64,000 nucleotides of DNA from Octopus sinensis. Its lineage: Eukaryota. Where the stretch lies: the NCBI RefSeq assembly GCF_006345805.1, contig NW_021833893.1, positions 186,001-250,000 on the forward strand. Reading direction: 5' to 3'. The notes under the pieces were generated by a model that did not search any database, was not told the DNA's origin, and worked only from the letters and a program-made list of their open reading frames with translations. A program made the translations under genes and the position numbers. Shown piece after piece: positions 23,548-35,667 of the stretch. Numbering within the stretch: position 1 is the stretch's first letter; each line of letters begins with the position of its first letter.

Positions 23548-23588
23548 ACTAGCACTATGACCCGGCAACGACGGGTCATAATGTTAGT
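23548..23588. mobile_element. Helitron-type 3' terminal hairpin + CTAG
   Basis: Minus strand: TATGACCCG-tcgttgc-CGGGTCATA-gtg-CTAG|T. The plus strand shows the same hairpin followed by atg-TTAG|T. Confidence 0.55.
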
Positions 23589-23722
23589 TGTATATACAAA
23601 TGAAATCCATAAAAAGAGGTCGCCGCAATTTTAAGGTCAACAGAGAGATATATATAAAACACTTGATCGGCAAGTGTTTTTTCCTAAGCGAGTCATGTAT
23701 CGACTCGCCCCGGAATCCTTCA

Positions 23723-23724
<2 letters not shown>

Positions 23725-23772
<48 letters not shown>

Positions 23773-23786
23773 TGATAATAATAATG

Positions 23787-23847
<61 letters not shown>

Positions 23848-23864
23848 TAATAATAACAATGATA

Positions 23865-23935
<71 letters not shown>
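23725..23935. repeat. Long (AAT)n microsatellite
   Basis: Direct observation. Confidence 0.98.
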
Positions 23936-23936
<1 letters not shown>

Positions 23937-24356
23937 GTCAGTTGTTTGACCTTAACCAGTTGAGCATGTACCTTAGTGGCTGACGATATGTGCATCTCTG
24001 ATCACGAGCAGAAGTAGTGGGGGAGCATCATAGCCATGTGTTGAGAGGGATTCTTTGGGGTTTGAATAGTTCACCTCTGGAAACATGGGTGGTTCTTTCA
24101 ACATCCTTAAACAACCCTTATTCAGGGACCGTTTGAGCGGGATGGGCTACTCAACCTGAAGAAAATTCTAACTGGGCCCCACCTGCAAGGTCATGTGCTG
24201 TTTATCTTGATATGAGATCACCATGTCGCGCACATATGGTTGTGATGCATGTGCCTGGTGTACCTTTATCAGACGGGTAGTCATGATGGGTATATTGGGC
24301 TTCGTATATTTTACCCCAGTGTCACTTTGATGGCATGAACTGCTCTCTCACTCAAT
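23936..24356 (+). mobile_element. Non-coding interspersed retroposon-like element embedded in (AAT)n
   Basis: GC-richer 420-bp unit ending CTGCTCTCTCACTC-(AAT)n and preceded by (AAT)n. Resembles a common octopus repeat; no ORF. Confidence 0.55.
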
Positions 24357-25011
24357 AATAATAATAATAATAATTATTATTATTATTATTATATATGCAT
24401 ACATACATGCATGCATACATACATACATACATACATACACACATACATACATACATACATACATACATACATACATACATACATACATACATACATACAG
24501 CTCTTGTACCCTGACTATGAATCCTCATTTGTAACTATCATAATAGATGCATTAAGGTTACATACTAACAAATTTTCACAAAAACCTAGAAATACTCAGT
24601 TTCACAGAAAAAGAGCAAACGAAACTAACGCGGATTCTCCAAATCCAATCTATTAGTGGCACAGTGAAGATTTGTATGACATTCCAAAAATTCTCCATTT
24701 GAGATTCTTATGTGAATAGATGCACACGCTTGGGTGTATGCATCCACAGTTCAACCAACACATCAACTCAATCACATATTTAGAAACTCTAGAAACTCTT
24801 TTCACTCAAAAAGTCTTGAAGCTTTGTTATCAGCCGGCTTGAACCAACTTAGGAAGATCTTAAACTCAACGAATAAAATTACACATGCGTACACACACAC
24901 ACACACATTTATATGTAAGTATGTATATGTGTCTGCATGCATGCATGCCTTTATGTATGTATGTATGTATGTATGTATGTATGTATGTATGTATGTATGT
25001 ATGTATGTATG

Positions 25012-25065
<54 letters not shown>

Positions 25066-25379
25066 GTGTGTGTTTAAACATTGCTACGTATTTCTTAAAA
25101 TATCGTATTCTGAAAAAGTTGTACAATCGTCAATTATAAGTTAAATAATTAAATAAGTGATCGCATGAACATAATCTTTTTCCACTCCAACTTTCGGATA
25201 AGTTATCACTTTCAAACCTGCTGTTACAACTGCAATCTCTCTCACATGATTTCTAACCTGCTTTCATTAAAACATTTTCCCCACTTCCTATGCAATGATA
25301 TGAAACATCCAAACCTTGACAAGCTCGATGAGACCCGAGTTTGAGTTTAACAGTGGAAACAACCCTCCGACTTTAACAT

Positions 25380-25620
25380 TTTCCATTGTCAACTAGTCTG
25401 GGAGAACCAACACGATCCGCGCTTTAAACAGTAAACGCAACATAATTTATATGGTCCACCTTGTTACTGGAGAAGATAGCAGCGGAACAGTAACAGTTAT
25501 TAGTCACTGAAAACTACAATATTTTGGCATCATTACCAGAGCTTTGTACAACATCCACGGAGGCTGGACAGATGGAGAACAGGTTCACGGGCGACAGAGA
25601 TGAAGATGGAGTGATGAAAT
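25380..25620 (+). mobile_element. RTE LINE 3' relic
   Basis: KLQYFGII(T)R and GRQR*RWSDEI, cf. RTE KLQYFGHLMR / GRxRxRWxDxI. Confidence 0.45.
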
Positions 25621-25639
25621 CAAAACCTGGACGAGTGCA

Positions 25640-26050
25640 CGATTTAGACCCGTCGAGGCCCTAAGCACTTAAAAGATTTTAGTGCCCTCATTAAAAAATT
25701 ATGTAATTTAAAATATAAACAGTAACAAACCACAGAATAAATTTTTATTTTTCAGAATGAAACAAAACAGTAAGAGGGAAAATAATGTTTATTTTCGTAT
25801 ACGTCCACTTTATTTATATTTGAAAAGTATCCTCCTAATTTTTTGAATTGGAAAGTCTTTGATCAGATCCTCAAAATTAATCTTAGGTAACACATCTGCA
25901 TCTATACTTAATAGAGATAAAGGCATCCTGAATATTATTTTAGCAAGTTTAAAGTGATTTCTTTAGTGCCGTAAACCATTTACCATTTCTGTGGTGCTTC
26001 CTCCTTCCCTTGATGCCCTAAACACGCACTTATTTTGCACACACAGTATA
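25640..26050 (-). mobile_element. hAT transposon 3' relic
   Basis: Minus strand SLLSIDADVLPKINFEDLIKDFPIQKIRRILF resembles the hAT C-terminal dimerisation end; subterminal GCCCTAAGCAC-like motifs on both sides. Confidence 0.55.
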
Positions 26051-26805
26051 TGGCGAGGAATGGTAGCTGTGTTTGAGGTATTTGACTCTCAGCCATGTGT
26101 GGACATGATGATGTGTATGTCTTCCAGATGTAGCAAAACTTTGACCCGGAAGATTTAGTTTTACGTTTTGTGAAGCATCCAAATCTTTGTAGTCAGCCGA
26201 CCACGTACAGCTATGAGACAAATTACATCATAGTGTCTTAAAAAGACAGAGTGGTTGCAACTGGATTGCTGTTGACCATTGCCATTTTCGATCATGATCA
26301 CATTCGGTGAATGCGATGAAAATGTAAATGTTCGCAGTTTGATTATACATTTGACAGAATGTGTTCTGTGGAAAGCTTGTTGAGGAGCAAAATGAAAAAA
26401 ATAAGGAGGTTGGGCGGGTAAAGTTACTTTTTTATAATTACCACAAGTTCTTTCGTAAATCATATAAACAATCACAAAGTTCCCTTTCCATTTGGCTAAA
26501 TATGCACTATGTTTTCTTAAAAAAAAAACAACCTATATCTTAATGACTTTCAACAATTGCTCAAGATCAAACTCATTTAAGGCTGTGGGTTGAGGTTGGT
26601 TGGACACAGTTCATTGATACCAATAAAAATATATAATCAGCAGTCTATACAGATAAACGTAGACTGACATAGCCTATTTTACACTTTTACTTACTTATCT
26701 TCATTAATAATCGCCGCATCAGGAGGTGGCTGTACAATTGATTACAACCACCTACGGAACACTTATTAAACATACATACACTTATTTCTCCCTCTCGATG
26801 TATAA

Positions 26806-26836
<31 letters not shown>

Positions 26837-26886
26837 TGTATGTATGTATGTATGTATGTATGTATGCATGTATGCATGTATGTATG

Positions 26887-27002
<116 letters not shown>

Positions 27003-27015
27003 TATATATTATATA

Positions 27016-27168
27016 GGCACAGGCGTGGCTGTGTGCTAAGAAGCTTGCTTCCCAACCAAGTCCAGTCCTACTGCGTAGCACCTTGGGCAAGTATATTCTA
27101 CTATAGCCTCGGGTCGATTACAGCCTTGTGAGTGGATTTGGTAGACGGAAACTGAAAGAAGCCTGTCG

Positions 27169-27232
<64 letters not shown>

Positions 27233-27480
27233 TTGTGTGTGTGTGCGTGTGTGTGTGTGAGTGAGAGAGAGTGTGTGTGTGTCATTGTATCCGAGTTTGT
27301 CCCGCACCATTGCTTGATAATGGATCTTGGTGTGTTTACATCTCCGTAGTTTAGCGGCTCGGCAAAAAAGACCGATAGGATAAGTATTAGGCTTACAAAG
27401 AAGTCCTGGAGTTGATTTCTTCGACTAAAGGCGATGTTCCAGCATGGCTGCCGTCAAATAACTGAAACAAATAAAAGAAT
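27016..27480 (+). mobile_element. SINE family A
   Basis: Head, body, internal (TA)/(TG) microsatellite and tail. Confidence 0.9.
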
Positions 27481-27670
27481 ATATTGTTCTTTCTGCTTTT
27501 TCCCATTGTTGTTTATTCTCTGTATATTTTCACGTGTTCCTTTCTGTTGAAGAGCGTAGGCCCAAAATATAAAAGACTTTCTCACCTTCCCGAGCGTTAA
27601 ACTAATATACCTGTTTGTTGTTTACACACCTGTCTTAGTCTTTTTTTTTGTCAATTCCAACTTATATATA

Positions 27671-27781
<111 letters not shown>

Positions 27782-27783
27782 AT

Positions 27784-27821
<38 letters not shown>

Positions 27822-27904
27822 ATATATAGATATACATACACACACACTCACACAAATGCGCATGTTCATATTTTTGTGTGTGTATGTATGTGTGTGTGTG
27901 TGTA

Positions 27905-28540
27905 CCACTTCGAAGACTACATCCATGCAATCGAAGAACAAGGAATCTTAATCAAGTACCTACACCACAAGAGGCAGAAAACGTTGACAAACAACAAATG
28001 TTGGCTTCCAAGACCAAGACTGAAGACATTATTATCAACTGCGAGAGAATGACTTCCAGATATCTTCCCATGAAGCATGATGAGATGGTCAGATTAGTCT
28101 AGAACAGGATAACAAAAAGAAAACACCTACAGACGAAGTTGATTCTATGGGTCAAAAAAAGAAAACACCTACAGACGAAGAAAATTGGTGAAGCTTAAAA
28201 TTTATTAAACCAGCCACCAAACAATAGGCTTCATATTGTTATGTGTGACCACAAAGAGAAGTGATGTTCTGTTGTGGAAATCAAATGCCCTCTGGGCACC
28301 AATTTGGTTTGAAAATTACTAGACAGGGGGGGGGGGGCGCCTATGGACTATTGATAAGGAATTTGCAAATCCAGTACACTTTCAGCTTCATACCTATTAT
28401 TATTGGAGCAACAGGATACATACCAACCCATCAGGAGTAAAGTATGGCTGAATTAGGGATCTTGGGTAGAGAATGAAAATCTTTAATGCATACGCTACAA
28501 ATGATCACGATATCTAGGACTATAAAAATCTATAAGACCT
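27905..28540 (+). mobile_element. R4/Dong-like (RLE) LINE 3' relic
   Basis: HAIEEQGI, EDIIINCERMTSRYLPMKHDEMVR, IVMCDHKEK*CSVVEIKCP, FIPIIIGATGYIP. Confidence 0.65.
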
Positions 28541-28544
28541 TCTT

Positions 28545-28744
28545 AAGATTTAAACTACCATGGTTCAAACAAGATGCTATCTTTCACAACCTTGATACCA
28601 AGGAGGTGGCCCGTCAAAACTTACTCTAAGTTAAACAGAGAAAAAGAGCACACACACGCACACACACACACGTACATGCATGCAAACATACATACGTACG
28701 TACATACATACATACATACATACATACATACATACATACATACA

Positions 28745-28776
<32 letters not shown>

Positions 28777-29393
28777 CACACAAAGATTCCGAGCACACCT
28801 TTCTATGTGTTCACTAACCTGTATCTGTCTGTATTGTGGGTGGCGGATTTGTTCTTTGTGGAGAGTGGTTCTTCGACGGAGTGATATTCCTGTTTGGCCA
28901 ATATAATTATTACCACACCCTAAGTATGTAATGGCATAGATTAGATTTTCCGAGGCACAGACGAAATTTGATTTGATCTTAAATATTTCACCTTGTTTAA
29001 AGTGGAATTCTGAACCCTCCAAAAGGTGGGGGCATGTACCACAGTTAGGTCGACCACATTTTTTTCCTTTTGGTTCTGTTGTTAATGGATGTAGTCTTGC
29101 GCTGGTTTAAACTTTTTTCAATGATTTAGGTGGCATTTTGCTCTTGATAATTTTGTGTGAGCCTAAAATTTTGTTCATTGTTTTATCTCCTGTGAGGATG
29201 GGAAGATTTTGGATGATAATGTTGAAGGTTTCATTGTTTCTAGGGTTATGTGTGGAGATGTATGGGAGTATTTTAAAGTCTAGTTTGGTATTTCGGTTGA
29301 CTCCTTTAATGTTCGTATATCTATTTCCATAGCTCGTTTAATGCCATCATTTATTAATGATATTGGGTAATGTCTTTTGATTAGTAGTGATCT

Positions 29394-29395
<2 letters not shown>
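28545..29395 (-). mobile_element. Second Penelope-like element relic (RT C-terminus + GIY-YIG), split by (TACA)n
   Basis: [23 protein letters not shown]; KKCGRPNCGTC linker; NLIYAITYLGCGNNYIGQTGISLRRRTTLHKEQIRHPQYRQIQVSEHIERC. Confidence 0.85.
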
Positions 29396-29469
<74 letters not shown>

Positions 29470-29505
29470 GGTGTGTGTGTGTGTGTGTGCATTTATTAAC
29501 TATTA

Positions 29506-29602
<97 letters not shown>

Positions 29603-29639
29603 GTATATATAGGGTACATAGGAAAAAAATTTTTTTGTA

Positions 29640-29961
29640 AGAAACAGTTTATATAATCCCCTAGATCCCCTGATCTGACCCCTTTTAATTTCTATCTTTG
29701 GGGGTATTTGAAAGGCATGGTGTATCGCGGGAAGATAAAAGGCATAAATCATTTGAAGGAACGCATCACCAACTCATTTGCTCACTTATCACCAGATGTG
29801 CTATTAAGAGTTCACAATGAGTGGGGTAAACGTATTGCAATGTGTATTCAAAACAATCGTAACCATACAGAGTCTATTTAATAAAAAAAAGCTGTTCTTA
29901 TAAATTATTTCTTATAAAAAGATAAATTATTCCTATGTATGGCGACTTTTGAATCACACTG
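29640..29961 (+). mobile_element. Tc1/mariner 3' relic
   Basis: [23 protein letters not shown]...HLKERI...CIQNNRNH; ends ...TTTTGAATCACACTG|TA. Confidence 0.85.
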
Positions 29962-30009
29962 TATATATGTACTAGCAGAGATACTCGGAGTTAAAATGGC
30001 ATAGCATTT

Positions 30010-30292
30010 TTTTATTGTTTTACTTGTTTCAGTCATGTGACTGCGGCCATGATGGAGCACCGCCTTCAGTCGAACAAGCCTTGTACTTATTCTATCAGCG
30101 TCTTTTGCCGAACCGTTAAGTTATGGGAACGTAAACACAGCAGCATCGGTTGTCAAGCAATGGGGGAGGGTGATTTACACACAAACACGCACGCACACAC
30201 ACAAATATACACATATATACGATAGTCTAGAGTCTACTTTCAGTTTCCGTGTACGAAATCCACTCACCAAGCTTTGGTCGGCCTGAGGCTAT
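30010..30292 (-). mobile_element. SINE family A, 5'-truncated
   Basis: Tail and body motifs. Confidence 0.85.
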
Positions 30293-31146
30293 AATATATA
30301 TATATATATATATACCGGAGTAAACACATAAATGTGAAACAAGGTGGAAAAAAGAGTACTCAAATACCAGTGGTAGAGTAATATGCTTTATTTTGAATTT
30401 TCTGCTGCTTTAAATAAAGTATATATATATATATATATATATATAGATATATATATATATATAATATATATATATAATATATACTTTATTTAAATAATAT
30501 ATATATATGCATATATAAATACATACTTACATATATATGTATATACAAATGCAGGACAGGACATCATAAAACGTAAACAACATGAAATACGAAATACGAA
30601 AACATAGAATACGAACTTTTTATGCGAACAGTGAAAGAAACAAGTGGAAAACACCACAAGTAACATAAATAATGACCCTTCATCAGTTATCGGCTGTTTA
30701 TCTACTCCATATTTCGAGCAATTACGATAAGATGTGCCTTCGAGAAAACAGTTGCTCCTGCAAAGCAAAATATAATTTAGGATTTGCTGAGAGTTAAAGT
30801 TGGTAACAAAAAACAGGACAGTGAAAACAAACAGTAAGGGCTGCTATGGTCACATGTAAGCAACGAGAGAGTAAAGGAGGAAGAGTGAGAAAGAGAGAAG
30901 GGACAGATAGAGAACGGTTAAGGGGAGAGGAAAAGAATTAGAGAAAGGGTAAGAGAGTAAAAAAAAAACGAAAAGGGGGGAAGAGAGAAAAAAGAATTAG
31001 AGAAAGGAAGAGAGAGAGAGGAAACGAAATGGGAAAGGGAAAGAAAACAGTACAAAATAGAGCCGCATCGGAATTATTAACATAAACTTACTTGGAAATG
31101 GATGCGTGGCGTTCAATCATATAATATATAAAATAATATATATATA

Positions 31147-31190
<44 letters not shown>

Positions 31191-31583
31191 TATATATATA
31201 TATATATATGAATAAAAAAAATGGAGTTAACGCAGGTGTAATCAAATATTTTTACTTTCGACACATGTTTCGAAAATTCCACTGATACTATTCAAAAGAA
31301 TAAATGGTATAAACAATGCAATCTTCTCCTCAGGAAAGTGAAAAAAACGAAACTCGTCAATAAGACATTTTAGCAAAAAATGATGGATTTGTATAGCGAT
31401 AGACAGAACGCTATTAATATTGTTTAAAAAACGTTATATGATATAACGTCATAAGTAGCTAACAGAAACAGTAGGGATATTAATAGTGAATGTTAAATAT
31501 AAAGGAAATTAAAGTTTAAATTATATATAGAGACTACTTATATGCACTAAATCTGCACATACTTACATAATTATGTATATATG

Positions 31584-31623
<40 letters not shown>

Positions 31624-31745
31624 TATGCATATATAAGTACAAGACGCCATAAAATGTAAACAATATGAAATACGAAAACAACATGAAATACAGTTCTATA
31701 TTTAAGAGATAATGAATTATGTACATTATTTACATTATTTACTTT

Positions 31746-31789
31746 ACACCCGAAGAAGACTGGAGGGTATATCAGCCGAAATGTTGTGT
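31746..31789 (+). ncRNA. Degenerate minimal hammerhead motif within a PLE-type repeat
   Basis: ACAC-CCGAAGA-A-GACTG-gagggtatat-CAGCC-GAAA-TG-TT-GTGT. The U4 core position is mutated, so this copy is probably inactive. Confidence 0.45.
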
Positions 31790-31945
31790 TAACAACAAAC
31801 AAGATGAGAACAAATATCAGTTGAATATGAATAATGTAAATAATGTAAATAATGAACATGATATACGAAATACGAAGATATAGAATACGAACTTTTTTAT
31901 GCGAACGAAGGAGACATGGAAAACATGACAAGTAATATAAAGAAC

Positions 31946-32017
<72 letters not shown>

Positions 32018-32202
32018 TATATATATAATTATTTGAGGGAATATTATTCCTAACTTACAGGGAAAAATTCAATTTAGAAATACTAAATGAAATTTCACAA
32101 AATATAATATATATATAAAAATTAGAAAAACCACCTTTTACCAATTCAAAATGAACAAATTACACCATCATGAAAATTACATATAATATATATATATATA
32201 TA

Positions 32203-32367
32203 GGTGCAGGAGTGGCTGTGTGGTAAGTAGCTTGCTAACCAACCACATGGTTCCGGGTTCAGTCCTACTGCGTGGCATCTTGGGCAAGTGTCTTCTGCTA
32301 TAGCCCCGGGCCGACCAATGCCTTGTGAGTGGATTTGGTAGACGGAAACTGAAAGAAGCCTGTCGTA

Positions 32368-32418
<51 letters not shown>

Positions 32419-32662
32419 TATATATGTATGTGTGTGTGTGTGTTTGTGTGTCTGTGTTTGTCCCCCTAGCATTGCTTGACAACCGATGCTGGTGTGTTTA
32501 TGTCCCCGTTACTTAGCGGTTCGGCAAAAGAGACCGATAGAATAAGTACTGGGCTTACAAAAGAATAAGTCCCGGGGTCGAGTTACTCGATTAAAGGCGG
32601 TGCTCCAGCATGGCCGCAGTCAAATGACTGAAACAAGTAAAAGAGTAAAAGAGTAAAGAGTA
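32203..32662 (+). mobile_element. SINE family A, full length
   Basis: Complete head, body and tail. Confidence 0.92.
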
Positions 32663-32667
32663 ATATA

Positions 32668-32727
<60 letters not shown>

Positions 32728-32733
<6 letters not shown>

Positions 32734-32849
32734 CAAAATATTTCGTCGCTTTGAGACCGCGACCTGTTCACAGACAAAGCTTCGTGCAGCACGAAGCTTT
32801 GTCAGTGAACAGGTCGCGGTCTCAAAGCGACGAAAATATTTTGACAAAT
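32728..32849. repeat. Near-perfect 122-bp palindrome (hairpin, 1-nt loop)
   Basis: Arms of ~60 bp centred on 32788, with one mismatch and one indel. Left end abuts (TA)n. Confidence 0.95.
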
Positions 32850-32956
32850 TAAATTTAAATGTTGATGTGATTCTAACGGTTTTGTGTGTTTCTTAAATGG
32901 CTTATAAACACCTTCCACGCTGCAATTGTTTATATACATATATATATATCCAGAAA

Positions 32957-33572
32957 ATTACAAATACAAGCAGCAAGAAAATAACAACAGGTGTCTTTCG
33001 ACTAACAGAGACGAATCAAGTGTTGAGCTGGCGTATGTAGAGTGAAAGCCTTGAGGCAAGAACAAAAGAGATGAAAGTCAAGTCACGAGACTGTTTCAGT
33101 CTCTTGACATGTCAGTATGTATCTAAATTCTGTACGACTCTTTTACTCTTCCTTTTAGTATCTCTGATACTTTCTTCTTTTTTCCTCTTTTCTTTTTCTC
33201 GCTCCCCTCTCACATTTCTTGGCCTTCTCTTTCTTTAATCTGCCTACATTTCCTAGTTTATCTCCCTTGTACCTTCTCTATGTCCCTTTGATTTTCTCTG
33301 TTTCTCATTCTCCCCCCTAATTCTCCAATCCCTCTGACCCCTACCTCTCTCCTTTCCCTCCACGTGACCGGAGTTCGGCAAAGCACGGTCTTTCTTTCTT
33401 GGCGGCTGCGAAACAGCTCTTATATTCCTGTCTCATGACTTTCATCTCTTATGTTCATCTACTATGTTCCTGCCTCAAGGATTTCACTCTACATACGCCA
33501 GCTCAACTTGATTCGTCTTTATTAGTCTAAAGACACCTGTTGTTATTTTCTTGTTGCTTGTATTTGTAATTG
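32957..33572. repeat. ~135-bp inverted repeat with pyrimidine-rich spacer
   Basis: 32957-33090 vs 33428-33572 are reverse complements with a few indels. Confidence 0.85.
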
Positions 33573-35058
33573 TGTAACATTTTCTCCGTTATTTTGTTAA
33601 TTTTTTTCGTTTCTTTTTTGTCTTTGTTGTCGTACACATTCGCTTGCTTTCTCCTAAAATATTTAATGCTCTTAGGTTAGATTTTTGAGGCCTGCCAGAT
33701 TTAAACAGTCTCAAGTGTAACCGGCCGAAACTGTAAGGATAATCGGGAAACTTGACTGGGGAGAGAAGGTCATGAACGACCCATCCTTGTTTTTTCCTGT
33801 TTGTCTTTTTGTTGTTTTTCTGTCCGACTTTGTATCGTCTATCTGTCCGGATGTTTGATTGTCGTCTGTTGCACTCTTGTTCCATTTTGGGGATTTATAT
33901 ATACATGTAACGGCGTACGTACACTTTTGCTCACCTTGTAAGCATATATATATATATATATATATATTTAACGATTGAGATTTATTTTATGACGGTTGAA
34001 ATTGAGTTTGTTACTGTTGTGATTGATTTGTTAAAGGTTTAAGATTCTTCATTATGTTAGGATGAAAGAACAGTGATAGAAGTTGTGAAGAAAATATTTA
34101 TTTACCGTTACATTGAATATACCTTGCCTCGACGGGCAGGTGATAAAATCCTAGAGCGTGCGAAGTAAAAAAGTTAATTTCGGATTATATGTTCTTATCG
34201 TAGAAGTATGTTTTCATTGTAGTAGCAAATCATACAGAGATATGGTAATGTGCTGAGATGACACAGTGAGTTAGTGAAAGAGAGAGTGTGAGAAATTGGG
34301 TCTCATAGCTGTTGACAGTAAATTTCATTTCCCCATTTGACCATTGTCTTTAGTAACTGCCTTGCTTGTGATCATGATTCTAGCGTTCCGCTCCCTAACT
34401 GATGGTAGCTGTCTCTGACTCGAGTTGTCATTCATTAAGTAACGGATTGTCACGAGCCGACTGAGTTGTCACCAAGTGACTAACTGATAACTATCCAGAA
34501 GGATAGACATATGATTAGATTTAGTTGGTGGTCTTGTTATCTTAATTCTAGCTTTTGGTGAAATAGAATAGGTTAGAAAGGTCAAGTGGTGAAGACATTA
34601 TTTCGGTCTAGCTTAGACAACTGGAAAATGTAAAACTGCTATCAGAGAAAAACCATTGTAGTACTGTGACAAAAGTTCTGTCGAATTTGGCTGTGGTGGA
34701 TCGAATCCACTTCATGCCTGCAAAATCCACTACATATATATATATTCGGTTAATGGGAGAACCATATATAAGCGCGTGCTCGCGTGCACACACACACACA
34801 CGCGCGCAAACATGTGTATGTTGTGATCGATGGAATCTACAGAAACCCTGCAAAGGTCATTAGTAGTTACAATCCAAGACGCTGCATTGGGTCTACTTCC
34901 CATTATAAATGTCATCCACCACAGTAAGAAATAATAATTTAATAATTTAAGCGCAAGAATTTACCAACAGAATCGTTAATGTGATATCACTCCAATCTGA
35001 TTTACGCACAGTAGTTCAATGTACAATAAATAAATAAATAAATAAATAAATAGATAGA

Positions 35059-35089
<31 letters not shown>

Positions 35090-35577
35090 ACAAAGACAAA
35101 TCAAAACAGACAATATGCTACGAAAGGTAAGAAAGTTTTAGGTCATCCACTTTAGAAAAGAGGAAGTATTTAAACAACTAAGATTTCTTCCATGAGAACC
35201 TCTGTGTTGAACACTGACAAAAGTTTTGAAGTAATTGTCGACAACAATCTCATAATAATATCAAAGTTAATCTGTTTTGAAGGACGAGTTCTTGGATAAA
35301 CAAATATGTCTTGTCAGTTATCATCATCCTTCTATATTGTTTTGTCCAACATTTCCACTCATGGTTCTTCTTACTAGTTGTCAAAGATTTTTCTCTTTCG
35401 TTCACTATTAATATTTTGCTGTATAATTAAAGGCACCATAAATTTGTTGTAGGTTTTTCTGTTTGTTAAATGTTTTCATTAAAAAATTTTTTTCGGGGCA
35501 TGGATTGCAATATTTGTAGTTATTTAGTGTGTATGTGTGTTTAGAAACACGAAGAAAAAAGAAACCTTATTACTAAA

Positions 35578-35608
35578 TTAATAATAACAACAACAACAAC
35601 AACAACAG

Positions 35609-35646
<38 letters not shown>

Positions 35647-35667
35647 ACAACAACAACAATAATAATG
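35578..35667. repeat. Compound triplet microsatellite AAT-AAC-AGC-AAC-AAT
   Basis: Direct observation; abuts the Tx1 3' end. Confidence 0.95.

Noticed and set aside
23936-24030. Possible HDV-like ribozyme at the 5' end of the (AAT)n-embedded element (GTCAGT/GCTGAC pairing)
   Set aside because: P1 and a possible P3 can be drawn, but I could not form P2 or a proper P1.1/J4/2.
32203-32285. tRNA-like sequences with A/B boxes at several positions
   Set aside because: They are SINE heads continuing into SINE body and tail; no complete cloverleaf.
33900-34900. TATATAAG at 34765-34772 with CG-rich flank, and minus-strand donor-like sites near 34120 and 33934
   Set aside because: No supporting acceptor/ORF combination; TATA-like strings are ubiquitous in this sequence.
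35578-35667. Polyglutamine/polyalanine-like coding repeat
   Set aside because: No surrounding ORF or splice context; it abuts the Tx1 3' end and is best read as a microsatellite.
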